From a virus (lineage: Duplodnaviria > Caudoviricetes): a DNA stretch of 42,178 nt. The stretch's first letter is position 1. Each line of letters starts with the position of its first letter. The stretch is from IMG/VR virus record IMGVR_UViG_3300037722_000727, positions 1 to 42,178 of that record, one strand, 5' to 3'. The position numbers and the translations under genes are program-made. Under the pieces are notes generated by a model that made no database searches, was not told the DNA's origin, and saw only the letters and a list, made by a program, of their open reading frames with translations. Positions 17,973 to 27,971 of the stretch are shown in pieces.

Positions 17973-17985
17973 GGGATGACACACA

Positions 17986-18384
17986 ATGGGACAACGCGGA
18001 CCGCTCGCGGCACCCCGCCCGCTCAAGATCCTCAAAGGCGAGACCCGCCCGTCGCGGCTGCGGACCTCCCCCGGCCCGACCGAGCCGCCGACCCGGCCCG
18101 ACGACCTGACGCTCGCCGCGGCCGAGGTGTGGGACGCGACCCTCGCGGCCATCACTGACACCGCCCACATCGGCGCGGCCCATGCCCAGGTCTTCCGCCT
18201 GTACTGCGAGACGACGGCCACCGTGAACGCGATGCAGCCCAAGGGCACGAAGGAGTGGCGCGAGCTTGTCAATGTCCATCGCCAACTTGCCCGCGAGCTC
18301 TGCCTCACGCCGGCGACGGGCACCGGCCTCACCCGCAAGGTCAGCCCGAAACGGAAGCTCGACAAGTACGTCCGCGCGGGTTGA
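17986..18384 (+). CDS. terS: terminase small subunit (P27-like)
   Basis: MGQRGP..P..LKILKG; ARELCLTP. Confidence 0.85.
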   Translation: MGQRGPLAAPRPLKILKGETRPSRLRTSPGPTEPPTRPDDLTLAAAEVWDATLAAITDTAHIGAAHAQVFRLYCETTATVNAMQPKGTKEWRELVNVHRQLARELCLTPATGTGLTRKVSPKRKLDKYVRAG

Positions 18385-19783
18385 CTGCGGCCACCAAGCC
18401 TGCGGCTTCATCCAGGACCTCTGCCGGAACACCCTCGGCCCCGAGCGCGGGAAGCTGATCGTCCTCCGACCCTGGCAGCACGAGATCCTGCACGGGCTGT
18501 TCGACAAGGCCGGCAAGCCCCGCCACCGCTACGGCTACATCGGCCTGCCCCGCAAGAACGGCAAGTCGACCCTCGGCGCGGCGCTCGCCATCTACGCCCT
18601 CGTCTGTCTCGGTCCGGCATCGCATGTCTACTCCTGCGCCGGCGACCGGAAGCAAGCCTCGATCGTGTTCGACGAAGCCAAGCGGATGGTCCGGGCCGAG
18701 CCCGAGCTGACCAGCCTCCTGCGCGTCCAGCGCTGGCACATCGAAGGTCCGCAGGACGGCATCTACCGCGTCCTCTCGGCCGACGCCGAACTCCAGCAGG
18801 GCCTCAACCCGACGTTCGTGATCTTCGACGAGGTTCACGTCCAGCCGAACCGCGACCTGTGGGACGCGATGGTCTTGGGCATGGTCCGGCCCGGCGCGAT
18901 GATCGTCGGCATCACAACGGCCGGCTTCGACCGGACGACGCTGGCGTGGGACCTGTACGAGCGGGGCCAGCGGGGCGAGTTCTTCTACTCGTGGAGCGAG
19001 CCTGCGGACCCCAACTGCGACTGGCGCGACCCCGCAGCGTGGCGCGAGGCCAACCCGGCGCTCGGCGACTTCCTGCCCACCTCGGTCGTCGAGGCCGATG
19101 TCACGGTCACGCCCGAGTCGGCGTTCCGGCGGTTCCATCTCAACCAGTGGACAACGACGCACTCCGCGTGGTTGCCGCACGGGGCGTGGGTCGACCGCAA
19201 AGACGAGGAGCGGGCGTTCGATCCCGCCGAGCCGTTCGTGGCGTTCCTCGACGGCTCGTGGTCCAACGACTCGACGGGCCTCGTGTCCTGCACGCTCGCC
19301 CTGCCGCACCTCGCGGTGCGCGGCCTCTGGACGCCGGATCTCGAACTGGGGCACATCGATATGGCCGCGATCGAGCGGACCGTGCGCGACGTTCTGGGGA
19401 TGCCCGGCTGCCGCGCGATGGCGTTCGATCCGGCTCGCTTTCAAGACCTGTTCGCCCGGCTCGAGGCGGAGTTCCCCGGCCGTATCTTCGAATGGCCGAC
19501 CAACTCCCTGGCCCGAATGGTCCCGGCCTGCGCCGACTTCTACGCCGCCGTCATGGAGAAGCGGCTGACCCACGACGGCGACCCCCGGCTCGCGCAGCAC
19601 CTCGCCAATGCCGTGCTCCGCGAAGACCACCGCGGCGGCCGCATCGTCAAAGAGTCGAAGACCTCGCAGCGAAAGATCGACCTCGCGGTCTGCGCGGTCG
19701 GCGCGTACAGCGAGGCGCTCCGCATGGCGCTCGTGCCGCTCGAGACCTCCGTTTACGACACCCGACCACCGCTCACCTTTTAG
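18266..19783 (+). CDS. terL: terminase large subunit (start uncertain)
   Basis: LRPWQ, PRKNGKST Walker A, FDEVH Walker B, KIDLAV. Confidence 0.95.
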   Translation: MSMSIANLPASSASRRRRAPASPARSARNGSSTSTSARVDCGHQACGFIQDLCRNTLGPERGKLIVLRPWQHEILHGLFDKAGKPRHRYGYIGLPRKNGKSTLGAALAIYALVCLGPASHVYSCAGDRKQASIVFDEAKRMVRAEPELTSLLRVQRWHIEGPQDGIYRVLSADAELQQGLNPTFVIFDEVHVQPNRDLWDAMVLGMVRPGAMIVGITTAGFDRTTLAWDLYERGQRGEFFYSWSEPADPNCDWRDPAAWREANPALGDFLPTSVVEADVTVTPESAFRRFHLNQWTTTHSAWLPHGAWVDRKDEERAFDPAEPFVAFLDGSWSNDSTGLVSCTLALPHLAVRGLWTPDLELGHIDMAAIERTVRDVLGMPGCRAMAFDPARFQDLFARLEAEFPGRIFEWPTNSLARMVPACADFYAAVMEKRLTHDGDPRLAQHLANAVLREDHRGGRIVKESKTSQRKIDLAVCAVGAYSEALRMALVPLETSVYDTRPPLTF

Positions 19784-19791
19784 GGGGTCCG

Positions 19792-19974
19792 ATGGCCTAT
19801 CTGCGCCGCGCGGCGGCCGCCCTGCGGCGCGTGCCGCACCCCGATGCATCCGATCTGCTCGCCATCGGCTGCTACGTCCTGCTCGCGTACGGCCTGTCCG
19901 AACTCATCCATCCCGCACTCCTGCCGATCACCCTCGCGCTGGCCGGCCTGCGGATCGTCAACTGGGGACGCTAA
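19792..19974 (+). CDS. small two-TM membrane protein
   Basis: Hydrophobic ORF between terL and portal. Confidence 0.7.
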   Translation: MAYLRRAAAALRRVPHPDASDLLAIGCYVLLAYGLSELIHPALLPITLALAGLRIVNWGR

Positions 19975-21180
19975 GTGGGCCTGATTGCCAAGGCGCTGAC
20001 ATCCGTTCCGACGCTCAAGGCGTTCACCGGGGGGACCGAGTTCACCCGATTCGCCGAGCTTCTCGGTTCGTCGCTCTCGACGAACTCCGGCAAGAGCCTG
20101 ACGGCCCAGAAGGCGCTCCGCTACTCGGCCTACTGGGGCTCGGTCCTGATCCTCTCTCAGGACGTGGCGAAGCTGCCGCTGCACGTCTACCGCAAGGGCA
20201 CCCGGGTCAAGGCCGAGGACCACTGGGCTTACGACCTGCTGCACCGCCGGCCGTGCCCCGGCTTCACGTCCTACCGCTGGCGGCAGATGGCGATGGTCCA
20301 CCTGCTGACCTACGGCAACTTCTACGCCGGCATCGGCCGCGACGGAGCCGGCGCGGTCCGCGAGCTGCTGCCGCTGTCGCCGGACCGGATGACGGTCGAG
20401 CGCGGGACCTACACCTACACCCTGAAAGACGGGATCACCCAGCAGGAGATCCCCGAGCGCGACGTGTTCCACGTCCGGGGTATGTCGTGGGACGGCATCA
20501 CCGGCTATTCACTGCTGTCGATGATGCGTGAGGCCGTGGCCCTCGGCCTGTCGGCGGAGGAATACCGGGCGCGGTTCTTCAAGAACAACGCCGCACCGGG
20601 CCTCATCCTCATGTCGAAGGGCAAGCTCTCGACCGAGGCGATCGATCACCTGACCTCGGTCTTCAAGCAGGACCACGAGGGCGTCCAGAACGCCTGGCGC
20701 ACCGCCGTTCTGGAAGAGGGCGTCGACGTCAAGCTGGCCGGCATCCCGCCCAAGGATGCCCAGTTCCTCGAAGGTCAGGAGTTCGACGTCGAGGTGATGG
20801 GCCGTTTCACGCGGATCCCGTCGTACAAGCTCAACTCCCGCAAGCCGGGCGCCGTGTCGTTCCAGTCGGCCGAGCAGCAGGCGCAGGACTACGTGACCGA
20901 CTCGCTCGATCCGTGGACCGAGAACTGGCAGCAGGAAATCGACGTTCAGCTGTTGCCCGCCGACCTCTACTCGAAGCTCGACTTGAGGCGCTACCTCCGC
21001 GGCGATTCGAAGGCCCGGACCGCGTACTACTCCTCTGGCCTCAACGGCCGCTGGCTCGTGCCGAACGAGGTCCGCGACCTCGAAGACATGGACCCCGTGC
21101 CGTGGGGCGGCGTGCCGCTCTCGACGCCGAACAACACCGTGCCCGAACCCGACGACGACGATCAGGAGCCCGACGAATGA
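19975..21180 (+). CDS. HK97-family portal protein
   Basis: VAKLPL, LLTYGNFYA, VFHVR..DG..G.S, PNEVRDLED. Confidence 0.95.
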   Translation: MGLIAKALTSVPTLKAFTGGTEFTRFAELLGSSLSTNSGKSLTAQKALRYSAYWGSVLILSQDVAKLPLHVYRKGTRVKAEDHWAYDLLHRRPCPGFTSYRWRQMAMVHLLTYGNFYAGIGRDGAGAVRELLPLSPDRMTVERGTYTYTLKDGITQQEIPERDVFHVRGMSWDGITGYSLLSMMREAVALGLSAEEYRARFFKNNAAPGLILMSKGKLSTEAIDHLTSVFKQDHEGVQNAWRTAVLEEGVDVKLAGIPPKDAQFLEGQEFDVEVMGRFTRIPSYKLNSRKPGAVSFQSAEQQAQDYVTDSLDPWTENWQQEIDVQLLPADLYSKLDLRRYLRGDSKARTAYYSSGLNGRWLVPNEVRDLEDMDPVPWGGVPLSTPNNTVPEPDDDDQEPDE

Positions 21181-21947
21181 CCCTCGAACGCAAGACCATC
21201 GTCCTCGAAAAGGCCGCCGTGTCCGAGACGGGTGAGTTCTCCGGCTACGCCAACGTGTTCAACATCGTGGACCGCGGCGGAGACCGGGTGCTGCCCGGCG
21301 CCTTCGACAAGGATCTCGACCGCTTCCTCCGCGAGGGCTTCATCAGCTGGGGCCACGACTGGGGCCAGATGATCGCCATGCCCGTTGAGGCCAAGGAAGA
21401 CGCGACGGGCCTGTTCCTGCGGGCGCAGTTCCATTCCACCGAAGCCGCGCAGGAGAAGCGAGTCATCACGCAGGAGCGCCTCGCGGCGGGCCTGTCGATG
21501 GGCCTCTCGATCGGCTACGACGTGGGCGACTTCGCCATCGTCAACGAAGACGGACAGCGCGTCCGTGAACTCAAGGAGCTGACCGTCTGGGAGACCGGCC
21601 TCGTGGCCGTCCCGATGAACCAACTCTCCAATGTTTCCGCCATCAAGGGCGGCGGGCTGGGTAACGGCCTGTCGTATATCGACCACCTCGACTGGGTACT
21701 GGACGAGGTTAGGGCGATCGTCACCCGCTCCGAGGACCGCGCAGCGGCGCGGGCCAAGGAAGGTCGGGTGCTGTCCTCGGCGAACCGCGAACGCCTCTCG
21801 CGGCTCTCTGTCGTCATGGCCGAGGTCAAGGATGACCTCGATGCCCTGATGGTCGAGACCGAGCCCGAGAAGGAGCGGCTCGCCCGCGAGTGGGCCGAGC
21901 TGGGCCGCCGGCTCTATGAGAGCGGCGTGCCGCTGACGCTCGGCTAA
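21177..21947 (+). CDS. HK97 prohead protease (S78)
   Basis: FSGYANVF..VD..GD, H, GLSIGY, PMN. Confidence 0.92.
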   Translation: MTLERKTIVLEKAAVSETGEFSGYANVFNIVDRGGDRVLPGAFDKDLDRFLREGFISWGHDWGQMIAMPVEAKEDATGLFLRAQFHSTEAAQEKRVITQERLAAGLSMGLSIGYDVGDFAIVNEDGQRVRELKELTVWETGLVAVPMNQLSNVSAIKGGGLGNGLSYIDHLDWVLDEVRAIVTRSEDRAAARAKEGRVLSSANRERLSRLSVVMAEVKDDLDALMVETEPEKERLAREWAELGRRLYESGVPLTLG

Positions 21948-22009
21948 TCCGCAACCCATCCACAGAAGCAGCCCGCCCCGGCGGGTGCTTCGCCATGCCC
22001 AGGAGAACC

Positions 22010-23284
22010 ATGAGCACCGAGCTCTACACCCTCGGCGAGGAGATCCGCAAGGAGCGGACCGAGATCGCCGAGCTGTTCCGAAACGCCAAGGATCTCGACG
22101 CCGCCAAGGTCGAAGAGGTCCGCAAGCGCGAGGCCGCGCTGGCCGAGAAGCAGTCCAAATGGGACGCGCTCTTCGACGCCGACCGGCTCCAGCGCGACAA
22201 CGCCGCCCACCTCGACCGCCTCGGTCAGGTCAAGCGGCCGGTCGACCCGACCGAGGGCGTCACGCCCCCGAAGGCCGAGACCAAGGCCATGCGCCCGTTC
22301 GCCAAGATCCTCGCCGAGTCGAAGGACTACGCCGAGATCGCGGCCGGCGGCGGATTCAAGAAGGGCGACCGCAAGACCCTCGAACTGGGCCAGCTGACCG
22401 CGCTCGAGTCGGCGGCCATGTTCCCGCAGATCGCCAAGCTCTTCGAGCCCCAGGTCAAGACCCTGTTCCAGCTGACCTCCGCTCCGCAGGAGGATGAGCG
22501 CCTGTCGCGTCTCGTCTTCGACGAGCAGGAGGAACGGTCCCTCGTGAACCTGCCCGCACCGGGCACGGCCAGCGGACGGACGCTCTCGTATCTCGAAGAG
22601 ACCACCTTCACCAACAACGCCGTCGAGACGGCAGAGGGCTCTGGCGCCGGCGAGGCTGCCCTGGCCTTCACCGAGCGGACGATCACGATCGAATGGCTGC
22701 CGGTCTTCATCCCGGTGACCGAGATCGCGATGTCCGATATCGAGTGGCTGGAGTCGTATCTCCGGGGCCGGCTGGGCTTCATGGTCCGCCAGCGCCTCGC
22801 GAGCCAGCTCCTCAACGGCGACGGCAACACCCCGAACATCAAGGGCTACGCGACGTTCGTCACGCAGACCCAGGCCAAGAGCACCGATCCGGTGTTCGAC
22901 GCGATCTACAAGGGCCTCGTGAAGTGCCGCGTCAACGGCTTCGCCGAGCCCGACGCGATCGTGATGCATCCGAACGACTGGCAGGACGTCCGCCTGACCC
23001 GGACCGCCGACGGCATCTACATCCTCGGCAACCCGGCGGACAAGGGCTCCGAAACCCTGTTCGGCCTGCCGATCTTCCAGACGACCCACGAGACCGAGGG
23101 CACGGCCCTGGTCGGGGCGTTCCGGGAGCACTCGCAGTTCATCGTCCGTGACGGCATCAGCCTCGCGGCCTCGAACAGCCACGACACCTACTTCACCGAG
23201 GGCAAGGTCGCCATCCGGGCCTCGATGCGCTGCGCGCTCGTGGTGTATCGGATTCTGGCCTTCACCGAGGTCACCGGCCTGTAA
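22010..23284 (+). CDS. major capsid protein (HK97 fold)
   Basis: AGGAG SD; N-terminal coiled delta domain; LLNGDG, MHPNDW, TLFGLP. Confidence 0.95.
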   Translation: MSTELYTLGEEIRKERTEIAELFRNAKDLDAAKVEEVRKREAALAEKQSKWDALFDADRLQRDNAAHLDRLGQVKRPVDPTEGVTPPKAETKAMRPFAKILAESKDYAEIAAGGGFKKGDRKTLELGQLTALESAAMFPQIAKLFEPQVKTLFQLTSAPQEDERLSRLVFDEQEERSLVNLPAPGTASGRTLSYLEETTFTNNAVETAEGSGAGEAALAFTERTITIEWLPVFIPVTEIAMSDIEWLESYLRGRLGFMVRQRLASQLLNGDGNTPNIKGYATFVTQTQAKSTDPVFDAIYKGLVKCRVNGFAEPDAIVMHPNDWQDVRLTRTADGIYILGNPADKGSETLFGLPIFQTTHETEGTALVGAFREHSQFIVRDGISLAASNSHDTYFTEGKVAIRASMRCALVVYRILAFTEVTGL

Positions 23285-23297
23285 ACCCGCCTCGGAT

Positions 23298-23323
23298 GCC
23301 CCCCGGACTCCGTTCCGGGGGGC
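23298..23323 (+). terminator. 10-bp GC stem-loop after capsid gene
   Basis: gccccccgga/tccggggggc; no U-tract. Confidence 0.5.
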
Positions 23324-23348
23324 TCCCTGCACCCAAAGGAGTCCTTCA

Positions 23349-24059
23349 ATGCCCGTCATTGGTGGCGGCCTCATCGTCGGGTCTGCGCCCGACTATCAGT
23401 TCGCCGATGCCGGCGGCGACTCGCCCTCCGGCCTGCGCGTGCTCCAGGAAGTCCTGAGCGGCACGGGCGCCTTTCGCCAGGGCGCCTTCAACCTCCAGAT
23501 CAATCGGGCCGCCGCCGAAGCGGATAGCTCGTGGGACGGCAACCCCGACACCGGCCTCAATATCAGCGCGACCAACCGCGCAACCGGGAACGTCGCTGGT
23601 GAGGGCGCCCTGCGCGGTCTCCAGGTGGCGGCCCGTAACCGTGGCACCAACATCAACTGGGTCCTGGGCGCCAACATCAGCTCCCGCAACGACAGCGGGA
23701 TGCAGGCGACCCAGCTGCACTGCCTCGACGTGCGTATCGAGAACTTCGGGAACGTCGCCACCGAGATCGTCGGCATCGACGTGAACCTCTCGGACGAGAA
23801 CAGCAATGTCGATCCGCACGACAAGTACGGCATCCGAATCCGCAACACCGATGCCTCCGGCATGGGCGCGGTCGATGCAGCGATTCACGTGACACACACC
23901 TCGACCAACGGCTTCACGGCCTTCGCGCATCTCGGTGCGCTGACGGACGGTGGGGCCTCCTCGTCCTCGACTCCATCCAGTGCGGCCGTCGGCGCTCTTG
24001 TCGTGAAGGTCGCTGGGGATCTCCGTTACATCCCGCTCTATGCGGCCTCGACCTTCTAA
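23349..24059 (+). CDS. putative head fibre or decoration protein (beta-helix-like)
   Basis: AAGGAG SD; alternating beta-strand pattern; YIPLY C-terminus. Confidence 0.6.
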   Translation: MPVIGGGLIVGSAPDYQFADAGGDSPSGLRVLQEVLSGTGAFRQGAFNLQINRAAAEADSSWDGNPDTGLNISATNRATGNVAGEGALRGLQVAARNRGTNINWVLGANISSRNDSGMQATQLHCLDVRIENFGNVATEIVGIDVNLSDENSNVDPHDKYGIRIRNTDASGMGAVDAAIHVTHTSTNGFTAFAHLGALTDGGASSSSTPSSAAVGALVVKVAGDLRYIPLYAASTF

Positions 24060-24223
24060 TGGACCGAGAGGTGCTGATCGCGCGGCGCGACGAACTCCAG
24101 AGGGCGGTCGAGACGGCCCGCGAACGGCTCAATCAGAACGCCGGCGCGGTCGCCGCCTATGACGAGATCATCGCCCTGTTGGACGCCGAGAGCGAAGCGC
24201 CTCCCCCCGAGCTCACCGAGTAA
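24059..24223 (+). CDS. 54-aa coiled-coil protein (possible fibre chaperone)
   Basis: TAATG overlap; hand-translated. Confidence 0.6.
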   Translation: MDREVLIARRDELQRAVETARERLNQNAGAVAAYDEIIALLDAESEAPPPELTE

Positions 24224-24233
24224 AGGAATCACC

Positions 24234-24395
24234 ATGCCCCGAGTCCGCATCCTCCGCCCCTTCGTCGACCTCCGTCGCGGCGACAAGCTGTTCGTTACCG
24301 ATGAACTGGCCGCGAAGTGGGTGGAGGCCGGCCGGGCCGAAGTCGACGTGCCCCGCGCCAAGCACAAGGCCGTGCTCGGCCCAAAGGAGAACTAG
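24234..24395 (+). CDS. small head-associated protein
   Basis: AAGGA SD; RGD..V.DELA..WVEAGRAE. Confidence 0.7.
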   Translation: MPRVRILRPFVDLRRGDKLFVTDELAAKWVEAGRAEVDVPRAKHKAVLGPKEN

Positions 24396-24779
24396 ATGGC
24401 GATCCAATCTCTGGGCACGTGGGCCGTCACGCATACCCCGGCCGCCAACACCCAGGCCACCGCGAGTCAGGCATCGGCCGGCAGCGGCATCAAGAACGTC
24501 TGCACCGGGATCCTCGTGACCCTCGCTGCGGGCGCCTCGGCACCGACGGCCGTCAACGGCACGGTCAACCTCCGCGACGGCGCCACGGGCGCCGGCGATG
24601 TCCTCTGGTCGGCCACGCTGTCGCTGGCCGCCGTGGCCGGAGACAACGCCCCGGCGATCGCCCTGTCCGGCCTCTGGATCGAGGGCACCGCGGCCACCGC
24701 CATGACCCTTGAGTTCGCCGCCGCGGGCGGCGCCAACACGGTGCAGTCCGTCGCGATGACGGGCACCACCACGACCTAG
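24396..24779 (+). CDS. virion structural protein
   Basis: Ala/Thr/Gly-rich; AAGGAG SD. Confidence 0.65.
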   Translation: MAIQSLGTWAVTHTPAANTQATASQASAGSGIKNVCTGILVTLAAGASAPTAVNGTVNLRDGATGAGDVLWSATLSLAAVAGDNAPAIALSGLWIEGTAATAMTLEFAAAGGANTVQSVAMTGTTTT

Positions 24780-24789
24780 GAGCGCCCGA

Positions 24790-25215
24790 ATGGCAGCCGG
24801 AACCTGGACCTTCCCCGATGGCGCGCGGACGCGCCTCCTGAACGGTACCTTCGATATCGACTCGGACACGTACAAGTGCGCGCTGTTCCTGTCCACGTCG
24901 AACATCGGAGCGGCAACCACGACCTACGCCGGGGTCACCAACGAGCACGCCAACGGCAACGGCTACACGACCGGCGGCATCGCTGTCGCGCTGACGCTGG
25001 CGGGCACCACAACGGTCACCGTGGACATTACCACCGATCCGGTTTGGACGGCCTCGGGCGGATCGATCACGGCCCGCTTCGCGGTCATCTACGAAGTCGG
25101 CGGGGACGTGCTCTGCTACGCCCTGCTGGACTCGACCCCGGCCGATGTCACGGCCACGGACGGGAACACCCTGACCGTGGCGGCCAACGCCTCGGGAGTG
25201 TTCACCCTCGCCTAG
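24790..25215 (+). CDS. virion structural protein (neck or fibre base-like)
   Basis: DTYKCAL, GNGYTTGG motifs. Confidence 0.7.
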   Translation: MAAGTWTFPDGARTRLLNGTFDIDSDTYKCALFLSTSNIGAATTTYAGVTNEHANGNGYTTGGIAVALTLAGTTTVTVDITTDPVWTASGGSITARFAVIYEVGGDVLCYALLDSTPADVTATDGNTLTVAANASGVFTLA

Positions 25216-25228
25216 AGGACCCTGACAG

Positions 25229-26464
25229 ATGGCGAAGGTCCTCACCAGCATCGCGTTCGATAGTCCCGCCGCGCCGGTCAGCGCCGCGCCGACCGACACG
25301 TTCAGCTTCGCCGGCACGCCGGGTTTCACCGGCTCCGGCGGCGTCCAGCGTTATGACTGGCGCTGGGAAGTCGACGACGGTGGTGGATATGTCGCCATCG
25401 CGTCCTCCGGCACGGGCCTGACGACGGCCGATACGAACCCGCTCGTCAACTCCAACTCGCAGACGCAGAACGGGATCACCGTCACCTGCACCGACATCGG
25501 GTCGTACACGATCCGCATGGCCGGGGCACCGACGAGCGGCGGGTCGTACACCGTCTTCTCATCGACCCAGACGGTCGAGGTCGCCTCGGCCAACCAGGTC
25601 GCCACGCCGGGCACCGCATCGCTCGCGCTCAGTCCCCAGACGCCAACCGTCTCGGTCAGTGACAACCAGACGGTGACGCCGGGCGTGGCGAGTCTCAGCC
25701 TCTCCGCCTTCGCCCCGACCGTCACCGCGACGCAGAACCAGCTGGTGACGCCGGGCGTCGCCGCTTTGACCCTGACGCCGTTGATCCCGACGGCCACGGC
25801 CTCGGATCACCAGACGGTCACTCCGGGCACGGTGAGCCTGATCCTGACGGCCTTTGCCCCGTCGGCCAACATCGGCGTGACCGTCACCCCCGACGTCGCG
25901 GCCCTGACGCTGACTCCGTTCGCCCCGGTCGTCACGGCCACGGATCACCAACTCGTAACGCCCGGTGTGGCGAGCCTGCTGCTGACGGCGTTCGCTCCGA
26001 CGGTCACGGCCAGCGACAACATCATCGTCACGCCGGGCGTGGCAGCACTCAACCTCGCCACGTTCGCCCCGACCGTGACGACGGGTGCGGATATCGAGGT
26101 CACGCCCGGCCTCGCCGAGCTCGTCCTGACAGCCTTCGGGCCGGTCGTCACGGCGTCCGACCACAAGACGGTCACCCCCGGAACGATCGGGCTCACCCTG
26201 ACGCCGTTCGCGCCCAGCGTTGGTGTCGGTGTCACGGTCATCCCCGGCGTCGGAACGCTGTCGCTCACCACCTTCGCGCCGACGGTCAGCACCCCGTTGG
26301 TCGTCACGCCCGGTACCGCGAGCCTCGCGCTGTCGGCTTTCACGCCCGCTGTCACGGTCACCGTCCCCATGAGTCCGGCCGAGGTCGTCGTCGCGCTCGT
26401 CACACCGATCGTCGTTGAGCCCGTAATCCTCACTCGCGTCGAGGTCGTTTCCAAGTATGGCTGA
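25229..26464 (+). CDS. fibre-like protein with about 11 repeats of 25-26 aa
   Basis: Repeated VTPGVASLxLTxFAPTVTAxD. Confidence 0.8.
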   Translation: MAKVLTSIAFDSPAAPVSAAPTDTFSFAGTPGFTGSGGVQRYDWRWEVDDGGGYVAIASSGTGLTTADTNPLVNSNSQTQNGITVTCTDIGSYTIRMAGAPTSGGSYTVFSSTQTVEVASANQVATPGTASLALSPQTPTVSVSDNQTVTPGVASLSLSAFAPTVTATQNQLVTPGVAALTLTPLIPTATASDHQTVTPGTVSLILTAFAPSANIGVTVTPDVAALTLTPFAPVVTATDHQLVTPGVASLLLTAFAPTVTASDNIIVTPGVAALNLATFAPTVTTGADIEVTPGLAELVLTAFGPVVTASDHKTVTPGTIGLTLTPFAPSVGVGVTVIPGVGTLSLTTFAPTVSTPLVVTPGTASLALSAFTPAVTVTVPMSPAEVVVALVTPIVVEPVILTRVEVVSKYG

Positions 26465-26747
26465 TTACACGCTCGGCACGCCCGTCCGCGTCATCGCGAC
26501 CTGGAAAGTGGATGGTGTCCTCACGGACCCGACGGCCGTCATCCTCCGCTATCGCCACTCGACCAAGCCGGAGACGGTCGACACCTTCGGCGAACCGGGC
26601 TCGATCGTCGTCAAGGACTCGGCCGGCACGTTCTACGCCGACATCGACCCAGACGAGCCCGGAACGTGGCTCTTCCGGTGGGAGGGCACCGGACCGGCCA
26701 AGGGTGCGACCGAGGGCTCGTTCACCGTCAAGTCCATTTTCAGCTAG
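26457..26747 (+). CDS. Ig-like (BppU-like) structural protein
   Basis: GTFYAD..PGTWLFRWEGTG. Confidence 0.6.
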   Translation: MADYTLGTPVRVIATWKVDGVLTDPTAVILRYRHSTKPETVDTFGEPGSIVVKDSAGTFYADIDPDEPGTWLFRWEGTGPAKGATEGSFTVKSIFS

Positions 26748-26757
26748 GGGCTGGTTC

Positions 26758-27588
26758 GTGCCGCACACCTACGCCTCGACCGACGAGTTCAAGAAGTTCC
26801 TCGTTGACGGCGGCACGAGCGCCGGCACGGCCAACGACGCGACGCTGCTCGCCATCCTCGAGGGCGCCAGCCGGACCGTCGACGGCTACTGCAACCGCTC
26901 GGCCTTCGGCTCCGGCTTCGGGCCGCGGACCGCTTCGAACCGCTACGACTCGGCCGGCCGCTCGTACCTCGATCTGCGGGATGACTTCCTGACCATCTCG
27001 TCTGTCTCGATGCTCGACGGGACCGGCGGCTCGTCGTCGGCCCTCACCGAAGAGACCGACTACTACAGCCAGCCCTACGCTTCGGCCCGCAAGCGTCGCC
27101 TCCAGCTGCACGGCCTGACGACCAGCCTGTTCAGCGAGGGCCTCCGGGTCCTGACCGTCGCGGGCGTCGCGGGCTATTCCAACGAGACCGTGACCGCCAC
27201 GGGCACCGTCAACGAGGCTCTCGACACGACCGAGACGGGGATCGACGTTTCGGCCACCACGAGCCTCTCGATCGGCCAGACGTGGCTCATCGGCTCCGAA
27301 CAGATGTACGTGACCGCGCTGTCGTCGACGACGTTCACCGTCAAGCGCGGCCAGAACGGGAGCACCGCTGCGACCCACGACTCGGCCGCTGCGATCGCCT
27401 ACTACGTCTACCCGCAGGAGGTCGTCACGGGCACGCTGCTCGTGGCCCAGCGCCGCTGGAAGCAGCGCGACGCCGGCCTGACGCCGGTCTTCGACGGCCA
27501 GGGCATCCCCGGCACGCAGCACTCCGCCTCGGAATGGACGCTGCTGCACTCGACCCTCTGGCATCTCCGCATCCCGAACGTGGCCTGA
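26758..27588 (+). CDS. head-tail adaptor with inserted domain
   Basis: YAST.EFK...ASRTVDGYCNR...YPQEV. Confidence 0.8.
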   Translation: MPHTYASTDEFKKFLVDGGTSAGTANDATLLAILEGASRTVDGYCNRSAFGSGFGPRTASNRYDSAGRSYLDLRDDFLTISSVSMLDGTGGSSSALTEETDYYSQPYASARKRRLQLHGLTTSLFSEGLRVLTVAGVAGYSNETVTATGTVNEALDTTETGIDVSATTSLSIGQTWLIGSEQMYVTALSSTTFTVKRGQNGSTAATHDSAAAIAYYVYPQEVVTGTLLVAQRRWKQRDAGLTPVFDGQGIPGTQHSASEWTLLHSTLWHLRIPNVA

Positions 27589-27971
27589 TGGTCCGACCCG
27601 CAGTCACCATCGACCTGTCCGGGCCGCTGTTCGAACGGGACCCGAAGCAGCTGATCCGGGGCAACATCCGGCGGATGCTCCAGGGCCTCGCCGAGCAGGG
27701 CGAGAAGGCCGTCCAGTCGCTGTACCCGATAGGCCCCACTGGGCACGGCCGGGCCGGTGTCAAGGGCCGCGTCGCCTCGCTGACCGGACGGCCGTGGTTC
27801 CTGACCGCCGTCGTGTCGCAGACCCACGTCTATCCCTGGCCCGGTGGTGGCCCGAAGAAGTACCGCGGCGGGAAGACCGAGGCCAAGTACCACATGTTCC
27901 GGCGGACCAAGACGGCCATGTCCCGCAGCCGCGCGATCCTCTCGGCCAACCTCGTCAGAGGCCTCGAATAG
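27588..27971 (+). CDS. neck/tail completion protein (HK97 gp10-like position)
   Basis: Basic protein; synteny. Confidence 0.6.
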   Translation: MVRPAVTIDLSGPLFERDPKQLIRGNIRRMLQGLAEQGEKAVQSLYPIGPTGHGRAGVKGRVASLTGRPWFLTAVVSQTHVYPWPGGGPKKYRGGKTEAKYHMFRRTKTAMSRSRAILSANLVRGLE

